This document shows positions 1 to 10,214 of a stretch of DNA of 64,000 nucleotides, one piece after another (within the stretch, counting starts at the first letter, position 1; every line of letters starts with the position of its first letter). The DNA lies in contig OZ246394.1 in assembly GCA_965230895.1 (NCBI GenBank), positions 833,955 to 897,954 on the forward strand, read 5' to 3'. The DNA is from an uncultured Gammaproteobacteria bacterium. Lineage in GTDB: Bacteria > Patescibacteriota > Microgenomatia > Levybacterales > UBA12049. A program made the position numbers and the translations under genes. Under the pieces are notes generated by a model. It ran no database searches. It saw nothing but the letters and a program-made list of their open reading frames with translations, and had not been told where the DNA came from.

Positions 1-561
1 AACACATTTATATTGCTCGTAACACACTATGACCAAGTATCAAAAGCTGGTGGAAGTACGACACCTCATTATTATCTTAGTCTCTCATTTATGATGATAC
101 TTGCTGTGCTGGGACTTTTCCATGCGCATATAAATAAACTTAAGTTCTTCCCTTACTTAAGTGTCTTACTTATGTTCGTTTTGTTTGCATGGACATGGCT
201 TATCAACTTTAAAAGTACAGATACAGCATTCTGGTCACCCGCAGCGCATTGGCAATTTAAAGACAGCGTGAAAGCATACACGCTCATCAAAGATAACCAG
301 GTTGAAGATTATAATATTGCTGATTTATCAAGTTATAATACCAACGCTTCTGTAATGAAATACCTTTTAAAACGTGACAATATCGAGATTAATACAGACT
401 ACTACCATAACAAACATCTCTTTGTTATAAAGGCTTCAAATACTGATGTGTATGACACGCTTTCGTATGAAGTTGCATTCTTCAAACCTTCAAAAGTGCT
501 CAAAACATGGGAAATAAATGATTATTACAATCTATATTTGTTAGAAAGAACTGGTCAGTAA
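1..561 (+). CDS. C-terminal fragment of a polytopic membrane protein; 5' end lies outside the window. Paralog of the 7423..8958 product and possibly a GT-C-type glycosyltransferase.
   Basis: The frame is open from the window edge. A TM segment is followed by a soluble tail (…KVLKTWEINDYYNLYLLER) resembling the C-terminus of the 7423..8958 protein (…YVTERTWKFQYNTVLKR). Confidence 0.4.
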   Translation, partial: NTFILLVTHYDQVSKAGGSTTPHYYLSLSFMMILAVLGLFHAHINKLKFFPYLSVLLMFVLFAWTWLINFKSTDTAFWSPAAHWQFKDSVKAYTLIKDNQVEDYNIADLSSYNTNASVMKYLLKRDNIEINTDYYHNKHLFVIKASNTDVYDTLSYEVAFFKPSKVLKTWEINDYYNLYLLERTGQ

Positions 562-562
562 A

Positions 563-2020
563 TCAATTTACCTGGAGGATTGTTTCTTCGTCATTTACCT
601 TTATTTCTTTAAATGTATTCGCTGGTGCAGTTGCCTTAAATGCTGTTACATCACTTGTTTTACCATAAATCCACTTAAGCTTTTTCTGCTGCACTCTCGC
701 CAATATTTCTGCTCTAGTAATCCAAAATTGCTCAGTTGAAAGTGTCCCATCTGGTGAAGATAAGATTGTACGATCTGTATAATAAACTGCCGAAGGATAT
801 AAATGATCTAACCGTACAACTGTTTCGCCCGGAGATGTAATTTGATTTATCTTTTTTGCACTTTCAGTCTGGTTTACATTTGCATACGTATCAATAATTG
901 GAATTATATTAATAGTATACGTTCTGTAGGATAACACTGCCGTAATTGCTACGAGAACAATTGCAACTAAAAGATTAATTTGCTTTTGTTTTACAAGCTT
1001 TAAGGCATGATACGTTCCATATGCAATAAGTAATGACCAGAATGGAGTTGCTGGAACCAGATACCAATTATTACTACGTTCAGTAAAACTGAGCTGCGCC
1101 AACAATGCCCCTCCATAAAGTAAAAGTAAAAATGCTTTTGGATCTTTGATATAACGAATTGCAAAAAGAACACCAATGATAAGGATCACTACAAACCGTC
1201 GCTGCAATGAATAATAGGTATAGAGGAAATAATCAGGATTTGCATATTGCAAGCTCACAGTTGCTACACCGTGATCTGCATGAAAGAGAAAATAATTTGC
1301 AAATTCAATCCCGTCCTTGAGTGAACCTCCGATAAGCCAAATTGCAGGCAGAGCAATCATCGCTCCAAACATCTTCAAATATTCAGGGATATTCTTTAGG
1401 ATATTTTTTCTCTCATAGAAGAGTTCATGCAAAACAAAAATAAGTATCGGGAAGAATACTAATTGCGCCCGGGTTAAATAAAGTAGCCCAAAGAGCAACC
1501 CCAGAATAATATACTTGTATTTATGCTTACTTACTTGTACAAGAAAAGCCAGAAGGATTAATAACGTTGGCAGGATATCAATATTCCCACTTCTCATTCT
1601 CCAAACAAATAAATTATTTAGTGCAAGTGTCGCAAACGCCAAAAATGCAGGGACAAACCCATAATTTTTATATGCAAACCACAACACCAACATTAGAACA
1701 GCCACTCCAGCTATCGCAGAAGGAACGCGGACGGAAAGCTCAGAAAGTCCGATGACACTTGAAACAAGGGCAGATAACCACATATAAAGCGGAGGTTTAT
1801 CGAACCACACGGCATTATTCCAATACAGCACAAAAAACTCTTTCGTTTGCAACATATGTCGAGTTGCATCTGCATACCATGCTTCATCCCAGTTTTCTAA
1901 AGGAGATTTGCCTAATTGATAAAAGGCAATGTAGAGAGAAAACAAAAACGCACAAGCAAAAAAGAATTTAATAATAAGAGGAAAATACTTTGACTTGTGT
2001 AGAGTTTTCGCCTGCTTCAC
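563..2020 (-). CDS. GT-C fold membrane glycosyltransferase, family 39 / PMT-ArnT-like
   Basis: About 11 predicted TM helices. The first extracytoplasmic loop carries the acidic motif (ENWDEAWYADATRHM…FDKPPLYMWL) typical of PMT_2/ArnT-type GT39/GT83 enzymes. Confidence 0.6.
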   Translation of the reverse strand: MKQAKTLHKSKYFPLIIKFFFACAFLFSLYIAFYQLGKSPLENWDEAWYADATRHMLQTKEFFVLYWNNAVWFDKPPLYMWLSALVSSVIGLSELSVRVPSAIAGVAVLMLVLWFAYKNYGFVPAFLAFATLALNNLFVWRMRSGNIDILPTLLILLAFLVQVSKHKYKYIILGLLFGLLYLTRAQLVFFPILIFVLHELFYERKNILKNIPEYLKMFGAMIALPAIWLIGGSLKDGIEFANYFLFHADHGVATVSLQYANPDYFLYTYYSLQRRFVVILIIGVLFAIRYIKDPKAFLLLLYGGALLAQLSFTERSNNWYLVPATPFWSLLIAYGTYHALKLVKQKQINLLVAIVLVAITAVLSYRTYTINIIPIIDTYANVNQTESAKKINQITSPGETVVRLDHLYPSAVYYTDRTILSSPDGTLSTEQFWITRAEILARVQQKKLKWIYGKTSDVTAFKATAPANTFKEIKVNDEETILQVN

Positions 2021-2068
2021 TACTTAAGAATAGCATAAGCTCTATGAACTTGGTATAGTAAATATAGA

Positions 2069-2512
2069 ATGAAAAAGCAACTCAAACATAATCTTCATTT
2101 GATAGATAAGAAGCTTCGCTTTAGACTGAGAATTTATTTCATCATCGCACTTGCTTTGATATTGGTACTGCTCTTTAATGTCATTCGTGGTGCATTACGA
2201 ATTGATTTTGGATTATTAGGGCTTATGGCCGGAACAGGTGTTGGGATAATCGCTTCGAGAATGTTTCATACTTCCTGGGATAAAAATGCCAAACAAGTCA
2301 TTAGTAGGATCGACACATTTGGCGTTGGAATCCTTTTACTTTATATTGTTTTCGAGATTTTACGTGAGGATATCGTGAAGGTCTTTACAGGAGACGTACA
2401 AGTAGCTACGACGGGTTTTGCTGTATTGGCTGGAATGATGCTAGGACAACTCATTGGTATGCGAGGGAAGATCATTGAAGTCCTCAAAGAGCAAAAGGTA
2501 TTTGGGAAATAG
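2069..2512 (+). CDS. small 4-TM membrane protein, hypothetical
   Basis: ORF with hydrophobic helices; no recognisable motif. Confidence 0.4.
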   Translation: MKKQLKHNLHLIDKKLRFRLRIYFIIALALILVLLFNVIRGALRIDFGLLGLMAGTGVGIIASRMFHTSWDKNAKQVISRIDTFGVGILLLYIVFEILREDIVKVFTGDVQVATTGFAVLAGMMLGQLIGMRGKIIEVLKEQKVFGK

Positions 2513-2575
2513 TTGACCTATACCACAGCTTTAATTCACCACTTTTTTCTGTCATAATAATCTAAACTATTATTT

Positions 2576-4576
2576 ATGGAAAAAGACGCCAGTGCAAAAC
2601 GATTACAAATGCTTGATGGGATACGCGGCATCGCAATCGTTCTTGTTTTCCTTAACCATGTAGAATTTCCCTTCTCTACACAATTCCTCCATCCTTTAAT
2701 TGCCCAAATGCTTTTTTCAAGTGGCGTTACTGGAGTCTCACTTTTATTTATCCTTTCAGGATTTTTGATGGCATATATTTATCCAAATCCTTCAAGTTAT
2801 AGCCAGTTCCTCCAAAAACGTTATACAAGAATTTTCCCACTCTTCCTTACGATGTCTACAGTCATGCTCTTTTATAAAGTCTTCCCTGAAATGGCGTGGT
2901 ATCTGAAGGCATTGCTTATTCTTGGTTTATCTCTTGGCGTGCATGCCATCTGGGTCTATGGAATCAAGAAAATTGCATCGACACTTTTGAGTAAATTACT
3001 CTTTTATGCATTCGTGGCACTACAGATTTTTGCTGCGCTTTTCTACACACTTTGGATCATGAGACAACCTCCTATTGTCCTCAACCAACAGCTTCCTGAG
3101 ACTTTAAGAAATGGCATCATTTGGCTTACCAATGCTACATTAACCTTACCTTTCGGGACATATATACCTCAACTTGATGGTGTATATTGGAGTCTCACAT
3201 CTGAAATACTTTTTTATGTTGTATATCCAATCATCTGCGTACCATTAATTGGTCTGATGATCAAAAAGAATAGGACCACAAAGATACTTGTACTGTTGGC
3301 ATTGATTCCATTTTTTGCTGGACTCCAAACACTCTCGCAACGGGTGTATGGTTTTGGTATTTTGCAATTTCAACTTTTTTACTATTTCATCTGCGGTATC
3401 ACCCTTGCGTACCTCTACCGAAATCATACAAATATTTTTGACTGGTTAGGAAAGCTCTTCTCAAAGAAAGTACAATTCTTAACAGTACTTCTTTTCCTTA
3501 CTGCCATTTTTGCGAAGACACTTATTTTTGACCAGAAGGCCCAATCACTTGATGTCTGGATACACATTCTTTGGGCTATTCCATTTGGTTTGGTAATCGC
3601 ACTAGCCTTATCAGATAAAACAATGCTTTCTAAGTTTTTGTCTTCAAAGATTCTTGTTTTTCTAGGAACCATAAGCTTTTCTATCTACCTAAGTCATATT
3701 CCTATTGGATTGATCATCAAACAAATCTTTCAACCCACAGATGTCTTTACAAATATCGTCTATGCGTGTCTTCACTTTGGAATGACAGTATTGGTTTCAA
3801 TGCTTCTCTATTACCTTCTTGAACGTCCGTACTTTATGAGAAGAAATGTGAACTCTATCAAGTCTGACACTAAGAAAAAATTGCAAACGGTTATCACTCC
3901 GAAAAAAGCATATTGGACACTGGCTACAATTTGTCTTGTCCTCATTATTGCGATTTTTAATTCATATCAATCAAGCTTTAACTTCTTTTCAAAGGAATAT
4001 GCAATTGATAAATCCACAATAAATCCAGCATCGCTGAGAGAAAGTACTGTTATTTCAATGAGAGAAAATCCGCGAGTTACCGTAGAATTTGTATCTCCAG
4101 ATGATAATCTACAAGTCCTCACAGTAAATGTGGGAGAACAGATTGACGCATCTAATAAAGATCGCAGACAAATATTTACTTTCAAAATTAAAGAAGCTGG
4201 TGCAAAAGACTGGTATGCGACAAATACATATAATCTCGATACGCCTATCGCAAGTGTAAATCACCCTCTTGGATTCCCTACTATTAATAACGCGAAAGGC
4301 AAGAAATATCTCGTCGAATTCAGTGTTGTCTATCCAAGTTCTGGGAAAAATGTCCTGCTCAATACAACACCCACAATGATGTCCAATGTAGTCCCGGTCG
4401 ATAAAAAGAAACTTCTTTCAAACCCGGTAGAATTTATTCTGTTTCTTGAGAATAAATTACAAAATATCTTCAGAAATGATGAGGCAAAAAGAGTACTGAC
4501 GCTCCTTTCACCATTTTTTATAATCACTCTCTATCTTATTTTCAGCGGAATATTTGGTAAAAGAATCAAACAATAA
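2576..4576 (+). CDS. acyltransferase family 3 (OafA/YrhL-like O-acyltransferase) with ~250-aa non-SGNH C-terminal domain and terminal TM helix
   Basis: N-terminal LDGIRGIAIVLVFLNHV motif and ~10 TM helices typical of Acyl_transf_3. The C-terminal soluble domain plus a final TM helix matches the 19700..21658 product. Confidence 0.7.
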   Translation: MEKDASAKRLQMLDGIRGIAIVLVFLNHVEFPFSTQFLHPLIAQMLFSSGVTGVSLLFILSGFLMAYIYPNPSSYSQFLQKRYTRIFPLFLTMSTVMLFYKVFPEMAWYLKALLILGLSLGVHAIWVYGIKKIASTLLSKLLFYAFVALQIFAALFYTLWIMRQPPIVLNQQLPETLRNGIIWLTNATLTLPFGTYIPQLDGVYWSLTSEILFYVVYPIICVPLIGLMIKKNRTTKILVLLALIPFFAGLQTLSQRVYGFGILQFQLFYYFICGITLAYLYRNHTNIFDWLGKLFSKKVQFLTVLLFLTAIFAKTLIFDQKAQSLDVWIHILWAIPFGLVIALALSDKTMLSKFLSSKILVFLGTISFSIYLSHIPIGLIIKQIFQPTDVFTNIVYACLHFGMTVLVSMLLYYLLERPYFMRRNVNSIKSDTKKKLQTVITPKKAYWTLATICLVLIIAIFNSYQSSFNFFSKEYAIDKSTINPASLRESTVISMRENPRVTVEFVSPDDNLQVLTVNVGEQIDASNKDRRQIFTFKIKEAGAKDWYATNTYNLDTPIASVNHPLGFPTINNAKGKKYLVEFSVVYPSSGKNVLLNTTPTMMSNVVPVDKKKLLSNPVEFILFLENKLQNIFRNDEAKRVLTLLSPFFIITLYLIFSGIFGKRIKQ

Positions 4577-4614
4577 GATAGCTGTTATGATACTATTATA
4601 GTGATTCGTAATTC

Positions 4615-5109
4615 ATGAAACGAAACAAGATCTTACTTACTCTTGGCATTTTCCTCCTCTTTTTCCTCGTTGGTGGAGCAACATTTTATTTCTTCGGGCA
4701 AGATATCATGCAATGGTTTGGACCAAAAGATACCAATGTTCCTGGAGGAGCAATTTCAAAAAACGAACCTTTAAAAAAGTGCATCCCTGGAGATAAAAAT
4801 TGCGAAACAAAGAATGATAAAATCATGGCAAACAGACTTGAAGGCCCTGTGGCGAAATTCGTTTCGCATCAATGCGATGGACCAAGAGGATGTCCATCTC
4901 CGACCGATGAAGAAGAAAAAGTGATCGTAAATGCTATCCGAGCATATGTAAAAGATGATACGTTGGAGCTCATACCGATAAATGGTATCACTCCTACAGG
5001 AATAGCATACTATTGCGCAGCAGATAATCGTTGCTGGAGTTATGATACAAAATCTAAAAAAGTAGAGGCATTAAGTACAGAAACTCTTGCTCCTTCGAAT
5101 ACTCAGTAA
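4615..5109 (+). CDS. hypothetical signal-anchored Cys-rich extracytoplasmic protein
   Basis: N-terminal hydrophobic anchor and 8 Cys in the soluble part. Confidence 0.4.
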   Translation: MKRNKILLTLGIFLLFFLVGGATFYFFGQDIMQWFGPKDTNVPGGAISKNEPLKKCIPGDKNCETKNDKIMANRLEGPVAKFVSHQCDGPRGCPSPTDEEEKVIVNAIRAYVKDDTLELIPINGITPTGIAYYCAADNRCWSYDTKSKKVEALSTETLAPSNTQ

Positions 5110-5119
5110 TCATTCCTCA

Positions 5120-6808
5120 TTATTCTTTTGGAGATTCTACGAGTATATATGCAGATTCTGCATATGGGTAAGATATCACCTTCTCATTTTCAGGTAAGAC
5201 AATATTTCTTGTCGGATAAGAAAACTCTTTCAAAACAGCCTTCCCTGCTGCACTATCTTTATCAGTAACGAATAATGTTTTCTTCGATGTAGGATACTTA
5301 TCCCAATTAATTTTCTCAAATCGATATTTGCCTATCTTTTCAGCTGTTAATAAAAGTCCATCTTCTTTGTAGGAAACATTTTTATGATAGATCTCCGGAT
5401 GAAATTTTGTATAAAACACTAATCCTGTATAGGAGAAATCTGTTTTAGGGTCAATAATAATTGCGTCATATTTGCCTTCGTTTGCAGCCAGATATTTACT
5501 CAACTCTGATTCTTGAGAACGCCATATTTTTGCCTGATTGATAGGGAAAACAAAGAAATATGTCACCATGTATGTTAGCACCGCATATGAAACAACAAAG
5601 ATTGATAATATTTGTAATCCCCGTTTAAAAATCAGCTGCTTAACTTTAGTTATGTATTCCCATGCACTTACTGCACCATATGCGGAAAATACAACAAGAG
5701 GGATAACTTGCAAGAAACTTCTCGTTGGATGTGGTACTTCTTGAGTCATGGCAATTACTGCAACCTCAAGTACAAACCATAGGAAGAAAAAGAGAAGGAA
5801 TTTCTCTCTCCTTTTCCATGCAGTCGCGAATCCGATTACTAACGTTATTAATTCAAATATATAGAAGAGTCCATGACCAGCCACTCCGTTTACAGTCTTT
5901 GGTCCAGCCAAAAAGAAAAAATCAATTGAGAATGAGTGGATGAGATTTTTGCAATATTCCCAGATGACAAGCAAATATGAATTGAAAATAAGTTTGGTGA
6001 AAACCTCAGGCAAAAGTACTAAATAGCTTCGGAATTCCATATGTTGCGTCTTAATGAATGGACCATTAAGGAACAGCCCAGATGTCTGATCAACTGTTTT
6101 AGCCATAGAAAGTGTGGCAATAAGAAAAGGCAGCAATGTGACGAAACTAAGTACTATACCAGTAATCTTTGTTGTCACTGACCATCGCGCTATATCTTTA
6201 TAGTGAATTGCTATTAACAAAAGTACTAAAATTGGTGCCATTAGTCGTGTAACATTGTATGCATAGAGGGATAATCCAAAAGCAAAAATGGATATTATCA
6301 AGAACCATATATTTCCTTTTTTCTTTATAGCTAAAGTAAAAAATAGCGATCCTAATAATGCCAAAGATGTTGCTACATTTACCTCAAATCCAGTCCTCGA
6401 AAAGAAAAACTGCCATGGATTGAAAGCCAAGAATAGAGCAGAAGCAACAGCAAAATCATTCCTTTTGGAAGTAATTTTAACTAAAAAGAATAATGAGATG
6501 ATCGCAATTATTCCAAATAACGCGGATGGTAAACGTACAGCAAAAGGTGTAACTCCAAAAACTTTTTCTGATGCAGCAGTTAGATAGATATAAACAGGCA
6601 ATTTATTATCATTAAAGGATTTAAAATATAAAGGGTACGAAACACTATGTTCATCTTTGCCTGTTTCGAGGATAGAATATGCGTTATACCCAATACCAGA
6701 TTCGTCTTTATTGAGGCCTGCAGGTATTGACCCGAGTTGATAAAAGCGGAGAAATAAACTAACACCAAAGAGGAGAACAATAAAAGCTATAAGAAGTTTT
6801 TTTACCAT
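5120..6808 (-). CDS. GT-C fold membrane glycosyltransferase, GT39/PMT family (4-amino-arabinose/mannosyltransferase-like)
   Basis: RFYQLGSIPAGLNKDESGIGYNAYS…LPVYIYL…FAVRLPSALFG matches the PMT_2/ArnT N-terminal signature. Multiple TM helices and a C-terminal soluble domain. Confidence 0.7.
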   Translation of the reverse strand: MVKKLLIAFIVLLFGVSLFLRFYQLGSIPAGLNKDESGIGYNAYSILETGKDEHSVSYPLYFKSFNDNKLPVYIYLTAASEKVFGVTPFAVRLPSALFGIIAIISLFFLVKITSKRNDFAVASALFLAFNPWQFFFSRTGFEVNVATSLALLGSLFFTLAIKKKGNIWFLIISIFAFGLSLYAYNVTRLMAPILVLLLIAIHYKDIARWSVTTKITGIVLSFVTLLPFLIATLSMAKTVDQTSGLFLNGPFIKTQHMEFRSYLVLLPEVFTKLIFNSYLLVIWEYCKNLIHSFSIDFFFLAGPKTVNGVAGHGLFYIFELITLVIGFATAWKRREKFLLFFFLWFVLEVAVIAMTQEVPHPTRSFLQVIPLVVFSAYGAVSAWEYITKVKQLIFKRGLQILSIFVVSYAVLTYMVTYFFVFPINQAKIWRSQESELSKYLAANEGKYDAIIIDPKTDFSYTGLVFYTKFHPEIYHKNVSYKEDGLLLTAEKIGKYRFEKINWDKYPTSKKTLFVTDKDSAAGKAVLKEFSYPTRNIVLPENEKVISYPYAESAYILVESPKE

Positions 6809-6889
6809 TTCTCTCTCTATTTTAACCCTTTACTACAAAAAACCCAATGATCAATTTTAAGAAACTAATTATACTGCTATACTGTCTGT

Positions 6890-7366
6890 ATGAATTTACA
6901 GAGGTTTCGTGCTCAGAAAATAGCGGTGAAGTATGGATTGATTCTTGGAGTATTAATCATTATTCTCAACGCTATACTGACCTTCATCCAGATGACACCA
7001 GCAGCTCATACTATGCTTAGTTATATCACTGTACCGTTCATCATCTTATTTGCAAGCCTTTCTGCATATCAGAGGATGAGACAAACGGGAAATATAGGTT
7101 ATGCAATTCAAAGTAGTATCCTCACAGTAAGCATCAGCATGCTCCTAGGATTTGGGTCACTGTTTATCCTCACGTTTACCTTCATTGAGACTGTCAAGGC
7201 CAATCCAGTGACACTCCACAATTTCGCAGTAAGTGGAGCTAAAGACTTGGATGTCTATATCAGAGATTCTGTCATAGATGCCACGACAAGGTCTGTGCCG
7301 GTCAGTATCGTTATCGGGATAGTATCAGGGGCTTTGGCAGCAAGTATGGTTAAAAGAAACAAATAG
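6890..7366 (+). CDS. small 4-TM membrane protein, hypothetical
   Basis: Hydrophobic ORF, no motif. Confidence 0.4.
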   Translation: MNLQRFRAQKIAVKYGLILGVLIIILNAILTFIQMTPAAHTMLSYITVPFIILFASLSAYQRMRQTGNIGYAIQSSILTVSISMLLGFGSLFILTFTFIETVKANPVTLHNFAVSGAKDLDVYIRDSVIDATTRSVPVSIVIGIVSGALAASMVKRNK

Positions 7367-7422
7367 CTTATGTATGTTGAAAGCGACTAATTAATTAGAC
7401 TAATATAGAATAGCAATCACTA

Positions 7423-8958
7423 ATGAAATCTCGAACAAATAATATTATCCCATCAAAAAAACACTTCTTAAGAATATCTACGATTAGCATTGCAATTCTT
7501 ATCCCTTCTTTTTTTGCAGTGCTTTCACTCATCGGAGGACATCTTTCTCTTTGGTACGATCCTGCAAGAGATCTTTTGAGTGCATGGAACAACCTCTCAG
7601 ATCCCACATTAATTGGTCCAACTTCAGGAATTCCCGGAATCTTTTATGGTCCATATTGGATATGGTTATTAAGTTTTGGCATGCTTTTTTCTAAAGATCC
7701 AGGCGTCATTGCTTTTATAACTGCTTCGTTACCATACCTTATTCTTTTTCCACTTATTTGGTTCCGGTTCTCAAAAATCTGGGGACTCACGACAGTCGTT
7801 TGTGGATGGTTACTCTTTATGTTGAGTACGGGAGGATCGTATGCAACACAATTATGGAATCCTCATCCTGCCCCATTATTTACGCTCATTGTTGTATACC
7901 TTTTATTTGTTATTAATTTTGATAAAGCATCTAAAATGCAAATCATGCTTGCTGCAGTTGCTGGCTTTTTCTTAGGGCTACTCACAACGTTTCATATATC
8001 TTTTGGTATTGCTCTGATATGTGGGGTACTTATTTTTCTCCTTGCACATGCTGTGCATGGCTTCTTAAAAAGTACTAAGAGAAAGCAATTTGTATTAGCT
8101 CGGGCGACATTGTACGGAGTAGTTGCTCTCGGGTTCCTCACTGCATATATCCCTACACTACTCTTTGAGGTACGTCACGGATTTAACCAGACACAAGTAC
8201 TTCTCAATGCGTTAACAAGTTATGGAGATGTTGTAACGGTAAAGGGACTGAGCAAACCACTTATTTTTCAGGAATTTATAAACTCATTTGCAAAGGTTCT
8301 CCATGTACCAGCAAATATTGCTATTGCGATTATTATCCTTTTACCGGCGACGTATATTGTCATGATGAAGCGAGGTATGATTACTATGACACAAGCAGAT
8401 CGTCGCATCCTCATGCTTTTACTTTCGCTTTTAGGTGGTATTCTCCTCATTTACTTTACCGCTCGCAATCCAGTATGGACGTATCACTTTATTGGTGTTG
8501 AGCTAATTCTCTTATTATTAGCTATATTCTTTATTAGCAAAATTTCCTTTTATAAAATAGCTTTGGTTGCATGGACTGTAGTTATAACATTTATGAGCTT
8601 ATCTACCCAAATAACAATGATCAATGCCAAACAGGATACCGGATTCAATGAGCAGAAGAATATTGTTAAAACGGTTGTTGCTGACGCAAAGGGAGATCAG
8701 TATGGAGTTCTTGCGTACAGTGCTTCTATCTATATGTACGATTACAGTTATCTTTTTCAATGGCTTGCAAACAAAGATGTGCCGTATGACCCATCTGCAA
8801 ATAAGGAGGTAGAGACGATATATCTCATTGTCCCAAATGAACGAGATGCAAAGGTGAGTGATTTTATAAATTATCGTACGCCATCTGCCATGTACGTAAC
8901 AGAAAGAACCTGGAAATTTCAATATAATACTGTCTTAAAAAGAGTAAAAGTAGAGTAG
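7423..8958 (+). CDS. polytopic membrane protein, putative GT-C-type glycosyltransferase (paralog of the 1..561 fragment)
   Basis: About 12 TM helices and a C-terminal soluble domain. The first loop has WYDPARD, and the C-terminus resembles that of ORF 1..561. Confidence 0.45.
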   Translation: MKSRTNNIIPSKKHFLRISTISIAILIPSFFAVLSLIGGHLSLWYDPARDLLSAWNNLSDPTLIGPTSGIPGIFYGPYWIWLLSFGMLFSKDPGVIAFITASLPYLILFPLIWFRFSKIWGLTTVVCGWLLFMLSTGGSYATQLWNPHPAPLFTLIVVYLLFVINFDKASKMQIMLAAVAGFFLGLLTTFHISFGIALICGVLIFLLAHAVHGFLKSTKRKQFVLARATLYGVVALGFLTAYIPTLLFEVRHGFNQTQVLLNALTSYGDVVTVKGLSKPLIFQEFINSFAKVLHVPANIAIAIIILLPATYIVMMKRGMITMTQADRRILMLLLSLLGGILLIYFTARNPVWTYHFIGVELILLLLAIFFISKISFYKIALVAWTVVITFMSLSTQITMINAKQDTGFNEQKNIVKTVVADAKGDQYGVLAYSASIYMYDYSYLFQWLANKDVPYDPSANKEVETIYLIVPNERDAKVSDFINYRTPSAMYVTERTWKFQYNTVLKRVKVE

Positions 8959-9087
8959 CATTTAAAAAATTGGACGCTCCTTTATTGGACATATGTCTGT
9001 TTTAAAGAGGCCTTATATCTTTAGTCAATTACACAATGAGCAGGATTAATCCATATGGAGCGTGACAATCAGGTTGTATATCAACTG

Positions 9088-9555
9088 TTAATATTGAATT
9101 TTTTTAAGCCTATCATTGTCAGGAAAAATATAAATAGATATTATCTTTAAATCTCCATCCTCTTCTATATATACCGCTTCTATCCTCCCTGTTGTTCCAT
9201 CTTCATATCGCACAATACCATTGTAATTTGAGGTTGTCGGTCCTCCAATATTTGTCATAAATCGTACATTATATAATTCAACTTCTGAGATATCACTGAA
9301 AAAAAGTTTGGAGTTTACAAATGTTTCTTTAAACTTTTCGTAAGAGATTTGGTTTTGAACCTCTTGTGACATGAAATCATACGCATATTCATATTGTCCA
9401 GCGTCTGTCTTCAACAAAAAGGCATTTGTGATCATTTCAGCTTTATATTTACTAGCTTCTACTTTTTCTGTTAAAAAGCTCGTGGTTATAAAACCTGCTA
9501 TTATTAATACAAAAATTGAAATGAGTGCCCCTTTTAGTATTATGTATTTTTTCAT
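9088..9555 (-). CDS. hypothetical N-terminally anchored extracytoplasmic protein
   Basis: Single N-terminal TM followed by a β-rich soluble domain. Confidence 0.4.
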   Translation of the reverse strand: MKKYIILKGALISIFVLIIAGFITTSFLTEKVEASKYKAEMITNAFLLKTDAGQYEYAYDFMSQEVQNQISYEKFKETFVNSKLFFSDISEVELYNVRFMTNIGGPTTSNYNGIVRYEDGTTGRIEAVYIEEDGDLKIISIYIFPDNDRLKKIQY

Positions 9556-9588
9556 AAGAAGATCTATGCAATTGGGTTCGGTAAGGTC

Positions 9589-10188
9589 TTAAATTTTAAT
9601 CGGCTTTAGGCCTCCATACACAACGTATAATGCAATTCCCCAGATAAATAATCCAATTGGAGAGATTGCGTATTGGAAAAATCCTATAGCTGCTGCTATT
9701 AAACTTGAAATCAGAATAATAAGTTCATCGTCCTTAGGATAGTCTATGAGCATTTGTTCGTGAATATAATGTACGCCTAAGAAATAGTTCGCACCAACGA
9801 TAGCAAGCAATGTAAGAATCATTCCAGTAATTTGTAGTGATGTAGTTGTTCTATTACCTGAACCCATTAAGATAGCTTTAATAACAAGATATCCAATAGC
9901 GATAGCCACAAGTCCGATTTCATAACCGGTAAAAAGAGCGATAAAGTACCAAGCAAGACCGCCCAAAGTCGCAGCTACAAAACCATAGAAAAATGCTTTT
10001 GCGGTGTTGAGTGATTTACTTTCTGCTTCTATTGTTGCAGCAAGCTGTACCTTACAGTTGGCACACATGTTGTAGTCAGAACCATCATTTGCTTGGTAAG
10101 TATGTTGTTTTCCAGCAGGAATACGCTTACCGCAGTTGTTGCAGGTAAGTTTTGTTTTCGTTTTTGAACCAATAGTTAATTTACTCAT
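9589..10188 (-). CDS. zinc-ribbon-containing membrane protein
   Basis: N-terminal CNNCGKR…CANCK zinc-ribbon followed by 4 TM helices. Confidence 0.45.
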   Translation of the reverse strand: MSKLTIGSKTKTKLTCNNCGKRIPAGKQHTYQANDGSDYNMCANCKVQLAATIEAESKSLNTAKAFFYGFVAATLGGLAWYFIALFTGYEIGLVAIAIGYLVIKAILMGSGNRTTTSLQITGMILTLLAIVGANYFLGVHYIHEQMLIDYPKDDELIILISSLIAAAIGFFQYAISPIGLFIWGIALYVVYGGLKPIKI

Positions 10189-10214
10189 AGTAATTTAATA
10201 TAGGATATTATATC

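Noticed and set aside
3245-4527. Short antisense ORFs inside the acyltransferase gene
   Set aside because: They are embedded in a continuous 666-aa membrane-protein ORF, so they are spurious.
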